Origin: a virus
Virus genome (UHGV): UHGV-0244975
DNA length: 11,169 bases
Reading direction: 5' to 3' (one strand)
Below, in pieces: positions 7,277-11,169 of the stretch. The stretch's first letter is position 1; the number at the start of each line of letters is the position of its first letter. Below the pieces are notes generated by a model. The model saw nothing but the letters and a program-made list of their open reading frames with translations, did not search any database and was not told the origin of the DNA. Position numbers and translations under genes: made by a program.

Positions 7277-8019
7277 TTAGCCCTCACCAGAAAGTTAAAT
7301 GCAATATTTCGCGGTCTGACAGCAACAAAATTAACACCATCTCCTACTGAGTTACTGGTGTACTGAAATCGAGAGAAACCTGGCTGGTGTGCTGATATTC
7401 CATCGTAATCAGCAATCGCATGGCCGGACCCTTCTGGATAATTACCGCCAAATTGCGATAAAGATGTTGCTGCCTGCCAGCTTAATAATGCTCGCCCACT
7501 GTCCGCCCCTCGCCCATCATCCCAGATACGAATGAAATCACCGCGGGCTTCAGGTAATACCAGCGAAGGAAACACTTTTGCCAGCACAGGGTAATCAGTG
7601 GCAGAGAATTTCGCGCCGTTGAACTTCAAAAACACCATGCCGGACCAGCTTTCGATTACGGTATCTGGCATTGCGGCGGACGGCCAGAAGAACGGAACGC
7701 CAATAGCTGGAGCACCTTCTCCCAAACCAAGGTTTTCGAGAGCCGTTTTCACCGTGCCATCCGATTTGATATCGCCAAACGGATTCTTGCGGCTTAACAG
7801 CAGCGCACGAAGCGCGGTAAGCAACTGGTCGTGCCGCGCCTTCTCCAGACTGGCACCGGAGGCCTCCACCACGCTGCAAAGCTCCTCCTGCAACATGTCA
7901 AAGTAGTCATCATCCAGATCGGTGGCAGGCGTACCAGTCTGGGGATTACCACGGGTAAAACCGTTCTTACCCGCGCCGAACTTATCCTTCTGCGCGGTTT
8001 TCGTGTCTATACGATGCAT
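7273..8019 (-). CDS. Tail fibre protein (constant N-terminal part joined to the currently expressed variable C-terminal part)
   Basis: 248 aa. The crossover site lies at codons 95-100; the C-terminal portion is inside the invertible segment. Confidence 0.85.
   Translation of the reverse strand: MHRIDTKTAQKDKFGAGKNGFTRGNPQTGTPATDLDDDYFDMLQEELCSVVEASGASLEKARHDQLLTALRALLLSRKNPFGDIKSDGTVKTALENLGLGEGAPAIGVPFFWPSAAMPDTVIESWSGMVFLKFNGAKFSATDYPVLAKVFPSLVLPEARGDFIRIWDDGRGADSGRALLSWQAATSLSQFGGNYPEGSGHAIADYDGISAHQPGFSRFQYTSNSVGDGVNFVAVRPRNIAFNFLVRAK
7717..7742. repeat. Inversion crossover site, hix/gix/pix-like 26-bp site inside the tail-fibre gene at the constant/variable boundary
   Basis: TTCTCCCAAACC-AA-GGTTTTCGAGAG, in inverted orientation relative to 5895-5920. 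It falls on the codons for ENLGLGE in the tail fibre, and the silent segment encodes the matching NVGLGE at the other site. Confidence 0.7.
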
Positions 8020-8022
8020 GGA

Positions 8023-8607
8023 TTACTCCGGATATTTAAAAATTACGTAGGTATGCGACGGGCAGAGTTTGTTAAGCACACACTCGACAACGGTGTCGCC
8101 CCAGATACGCAGTGCGGAATCACAGGGATCGCCACATGTCATCCAGGTGGTGTTTGTGGCGGCTGGCATGTTGACCTGCCAGTAATACAGCCATTCCGGC
8201 GCATTCACCGCGTCAGTACAGGCCGATGAGCAGGTGAACGTGCTTTTGTCGTATCGCGTGATGGTAGCGTCTGGTCTGCCCAGGGCAGCAAGCTGTGCAA
8301 GATAAAAATTCTCGTTGATGCCGCCCGCCAGGTTAACCTTCGCATCCAGCCGTTGCTGACGCTGGCGAAGGGTCTGTGTCCCTGCGGGAATACATTCATC
8401 CGGCAGACCGCACAGACGCTCCCAGCGGTTTATCAGTTCAGTGGTGGTGCGCGGATCCAGCTCCCGCATCAGGGCATCCGCACGCTGATGAACGCGGGTT
8501 AATGACGGTGCCGCACCGGCAATCGACGGATCGCTGGCTGACCACGCCGGACCGGGGGGCAACAGTGCCGACAACAGACGGATGTAATCATCGTTTGTCA
8601 CGTCCAT
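8023..8607 (-). CDS. Mu gp48-like tail/baseplate protein (DUF2313, YmfQ-like)
   Basis: 194 aa, same size and position as YmfQ of e14 and gp48 of Mu, sitting between the baseplate J-like gene and the tail fibre. Its start overlaps the upstream stop. Confidence 0.75.
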   Translation of the reverse strand: MDVTNDDYIRLLSALLPPGPAWSASDPSIAGAAPSLTRVHQRADALMRELDPRTTTELINRWERLCGLPDECIPAGTQTLRQRQQRLDAKVNLAGGINENFYLAQLAALGRPDATITRYDKSTFTCSSACTDAVNAPEWLYYWQVNMPAATNTTWMTCGDPCDSALRIWGDTVVECVLNKLCPSHTYVIFKYPE

Positions 8608-9656
8608 GAAATCGTCCCCAGTACCGCCAGTTCATTTTTTGCAATGGAGATATTGTCTGCCGGTGCAAGCAACTGATGGCTGTATTCCCCGTTCGCACCG
8701 GAAATCGCCTCACTGATACGCGATACCTTCAGTTCTCCCTGCGGATAACCATCACGCAGCAGGAACGAACGCAACTCCGCGGTGATGGCAGCCCGTATTT
8801 CCGGTGTGTCCGGCGTCACGCGGATATGAAAATCCACTTTATGCGCCACCGGCCTGAATACATACAAATCAGAGCCTGCCACCGGGGCCAGTGGCTCAAT
8901 GTGTTGTCTTGCCGCCGTTTCCGTTGATTCTTCCGGAATGGGATTAATCAGGTCACTGCTGGCAATCATCACACCGACAGTCCCCGTTCCCATCCAGTGG
9001 CGGTATGTCCATGCACGGGTAATGCCTGGCACTTCTTTAGCCCAGACGACATAGTCCCCGTCAGCCCCGCCCTGAGGCGTCCAGTAATACCGCTCAATGA
9101 CGCGGGCGCGCCACGTTTCCAGCTCTTCAGTATCAAATCCGCCTGTAAGGGTGTCAGCCACACCGGAAGACGGCAGACCATTCACCGGCGTGACCAGGAT
9201 TAATGCCGTACCGTCGTCAGCGTTACCGACCGCACCTGCACTTGAGCAGGCGATCGGCACGCGCAGGACACCACCGGAGCTGGTTGCATCGTCAGTTGTC
9301 GTGTACTGCACCAGGTCATCGCGCTGAATAGCACTCCCGGCGGTCACCTTCAGGCCATCGCTGACACCTTCCCAGCGCATATACCCGCTGGCAGCCGTGG
9401 CCCCCTTGCGCGGACACCGTTTCATCGCAGCATGTCGCGCCAGCCAGGACTCATCGCACAGGTCAGGCAGCATGTTCATTGCCAGATAATCGATGTAACC
9501 GTAAACCGTATGCAGCGCCGCCGCATACACCTTTGCCCGCACGTCTTCATCCATGCGCCGGAGCGTGTCGCTGACGTCCAGCCTGGCGAATAAATCGTTA
9601 CGGAGCATACTGATATTTTCTGCCAGCGTCGGGCGCTGAAATTCACTGTCCGCCAT
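8598..9656 (-). CDS. Baseplate J-like protein (Mu gp47-like)
   Basis: 352 aa. Size, position and overlapping start/stop coupling fit baseplate J-family proteins of Mu-type tails. Confidence 0.8.
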   Translation of the reverse strand: MADSEFQRPTLAENISMLRNDLFARLDVSDTLRRMDEDVRAKVYAAALHTVYGYIDYLAMNMLPDLCDESWLARHAAMKRCPRKGATAASGYMRWEGVSDGLKVTAGSAIQRDDLVQYTTTDDATSSGGVLRVPIACSSAGAVGNADDGTALILVTPVNGLPSSGVADTLTGGFDTEELETWRARVIERYYWTPQGGADGDYVVWAKEVPGITRAWTYRHWMGTGTVGVMIASSDLINPIPEESTETAARQHIEPLAPVAGSDLYVFRPVAHKVDFHIRVTPDTPEIRAAITAELRSFLLRDGYPQGELKVSRISEAISGANGEYSHQLLAPADNISIAKNELAVLGTISWT

Positions 9657-10071
9657 GCGTTATCGCACTCCACAGATCATCAAAAGAAATCATTACCGGT
9701 CCGTCACGACGCCAGAGGGTGATACTGTTACTCAGTTCATTAATCCCGGTGCGGCGGATATCCAGATCAATACGGGACACCACGCCGTCATCAATCATCC
9801 ATTGCAGGCATTCGCGGATATACCCCCTTACCGTCTGCACCAGCTGATTGGTCAGTTTGCTGCGCTGAAGCAGCCACAGTCGGGAGCCGTAACGGTCATT
9901 CTGTACCGCAGGCCAGGTATCCCCCCACCATCCCATCGGGACATCGGCGTTGTCATCAGGCTCCGCCCGCCGCCAGGTAAACAGGGAAATCACCACGGCG
10001 CGGGTCAGCGGATCCAGCTGTGCGCTGGCGCAGGTGCGTTTACCGTTCACCGTCAGCCACAGTTCCATCAT
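9643..10071 (-). CDS. Mu gp46-like baseplate protein (GPW/gp25-like)
   Basis: 142 aa, between the V-like and J-like genes, with ATGA-type overlap to its upstream neighbour. Confidence 0.7.
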   Translation of the reverse strand: MMELWLTVNGKRTCASAQLDPLTRAVVISLFTWRRAEPDDNADVPMGWWGDTWPAVQNDRYGSRLWLLQRSKLTNQLVQTVRGYIRECLQWMIDDGVVSRIDLDIRRTGINELSNSITLWRRDGPVMISFDDLWSAITHGGQ

Positions 10072-10616
10072 GCCTCCATCGCTTTATCAGGTTTGTCGGT
10101 GTTACTGCCCTGACCGTTCTCTCTGTGACGATGCCCGTTATAGGCAAGCCGCATCGCTGACATGGTGGTACCGCCGGAGTCGCACAGGTCTTTCACCTGT
10201 CCGGTCACTTCCAGGTCCATTTCAAAACGTGCTCTGGGCGCATTGCGAAACGTGATCGTTTTACCTGCACCGTCCACCACGATCCCCTCCCGGGTCAGCG
10301 TCACAGACTGCCCCTGATCGTCATAGACAGCCACCTCACCCGTCTGCAGCCCTTTCAGGCGGTAGCGCCGGTCCGACACCGTAACAACCACCGCATGAGA
10401 ACGGTCGCCATCCGGAAACAACACCACCGCTTCCGCACCGCTGTTTGCCCTTGCGGTAAAACCGTAGGGTTCAAGATGTTCAACCCCGGCTTTGGGTTCA
10501 CCGGCAATCAGGGACACATCCACGGTCTGACATTTCGTGGCGGCACTGATGCTTTTCACCACTGCCCGCCCAATCAGCCCGAGGAGTTGTCGCTGCATGG
10601 CTTCAATCGTCCTCAT
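10068..10616 (-). CDS. Baseplate assembly protein V-like (Mu gp45-like spike)
   Basis: 182 aa, at the conserved position upstream of the gp46-like and J-like genes. Start codon 10614-10616 overlaps the upstream stop 10616-10618. Confidence 0.75.
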   Translation of the reverse strand: MRTIEAMQRQLLGLIGRAVVKSISAATKCQTVDVSLIAGEPKAGVEHLEPYGFTARANSGAEAVVLFPDGDRSHAVVVTVSDRRYRLKGLQTGEVAVYDDQGQSVTLTREGIVVDGAGKTITFRNAPRARFEMDLEVTGQVKDLCDSGGTTMSAMRLAYNGHRHRENGQGSNTDKPDKAMEA

Positions 10617-11169
10617 CAGAACGGGTCCTCCTGTACTCTGGCTTTTTTCTTTTTCCGCGCGCCGGGGGCTTCGGGTTCAGGCAGATAAGCATCAGGCGGG
10701 CCGACACGGATTTCCGTCAGGGTGCCGTTCTGGTCCTGAGTAAACGTGACTTCCGAGACAAGCAGTTCGGTATTGTCGAAACCACAGATCGGATCGAAGA
10801 CAATCACCCGCTGGTTGGGCTGCCAGAGCGTACCGTTACCCTGTCGCCAGCCCTGCACCACATAGGTGGTTTCATCCGTCCGCGCCGCCCGTTGCCGGGC
10901 TTCAAAGTCAGCACGCGCAATACAGCCTGCCCCCGTGGCCTGCCCTGTCTGCCTGATATACATCGGACGGTAACGGGCAATAAATGCGTCTTCTGTGCGG
11001 GCCCGCAGCGCGGTGGTGGTGGCCTCACCGAAATCATCGTCGTTTCCGGCACGCTGCCCCGCCACCTGGTAAACAGAAAACCGCTCCCGGATACTCTTCT
11101 CCGTATCGCAGGAAAGGATGTTTTCCCCGAGTACCAGCGCGGTATGTGCCCGCGTTGAGCCAATACCGC
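10616..11169 (-). CDS. Mu gp44 (P)-like baseplate hub / tail protein, C-terminal part; 5' end lies right of the window
   Basis: The - strand frame is open from the window edge through the GTG at 11063-11065 that the track reports as the start, down to the stop at 10616-10618. The gene therefore continues beyond 11169. Confidence 0.65.
   Translation of the reverse strand, partial: GIGSTRAHTALVLGENILSCDTEKSIRERFSVYQVAGQRAGNDDDFGEATTTALRARTEDAFIARYRPMYIRQTGQATGAGCIARADFEARQRAARTDETTYVVQGWRQGNGTLWQPNQRVIVFDPICGFDNTELLVSEVTFTQDQNGTLTEIRVGPPDAYLPEPEAPGARKKKKARVQEDPF

Larger units (their letters stand above)
5909..7729. other. Invertible tail-fibre host-range segment (about 1.8 kb) controlled by Pin
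   Basis: Bounded by the two inverted 26-bp sites. It holds two divergent sets of tail-fibre C-terminal segment plus assembly gene, as in the Mu G, P1 C and e14 P segments. Confidence 0.7.
4113..11169 (-). mobile_element. e14-like phage arm: AT-rich att arm, mcrA, pin, invertible tail-fibre segment and Mu-type baseplate genes
   Basis: The gene content and order (baseplate J-like, YmfQ-like, stf/tfa, inverted tfa/stf', pin, mcrA, icd fragment) mirror the right end of the E. coli e14 element as I recall it. Confidence 0.7.

Noticed and set aside
7052-11163. Numerous overlapping track ORFs in the tail/baseplate region (7052..7366, 7595..7879, 7598..7906, 7831..8229, 8205..8399, 8376..8609, 8676..8927, 8969..9181, 8997..9203, 9097..9327, 9476..9673, 9655..10113, 9950..10255, 10395..10688, 10537..10743, 10804..11163, 10892..11158)
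   Set aside because: High-GC DNA produces long open shadow frames. The chosen - strand genes form an uninterrupted, start/stop-coupled series matching the Mu gp44-gp48, fibre, tfa order, so the alternatives are not supported.
1-11169. tRNA or other structured RNA genes at the integration site
   Set aside because: The att site is built on the icd 3' coding end, not a tRNA; no cloverleaf-like tRNA candidate was recognised by eye. Not excluded without a tRNA scan.

Overview
The window is temperate-phage DNA from an enterobacterial (E. coli-like) genome, centred on an attachment-site junction built on the 3' end of the isocitrate dehydrogenase gene (icd). Left of the junction (1-3834, + strand) is a lambdoid early-left/integration arm: the C-terminal part of a lambda-type Exo, a possible 52-aa coupled ORF, an AT-rich DndB-like DGQHR-domain gene, a TraR/DksA-type zinc-finger gene, a 79-aa hypothetical, excisionase and a lambda-family tyrosine integrase. 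After int come three tandem GTTTTGGGGAA repeats, a hairpin terminator and a 54-codon promoterless icd 3' fragment (3948-4112, - strand). Right of the junction (4113-11169, mostly - strand) is an e14-like arm: AT-rich mcrA (HNH Type IV restriction), a Pin-type serine invertase, an invertible tail-fibre segment of about 1.8 kb bounded by two hix/gix-like 26-bp sites, and a translationally coupled Mu-type baseplate block (gp44- to gp48-like). The int-att-mcrA order fits either an intact attP (phage or excised genome) or a junction between two tandemly integrated icd-targeting prophages; the window alone cannot tell which. The most interesting candidate for an undescribed function is the orphan DGQHR-domain gene in the variable exo-xis accessory slot. 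All calls rest on reading the translations and motifs by eye; no database search was run.
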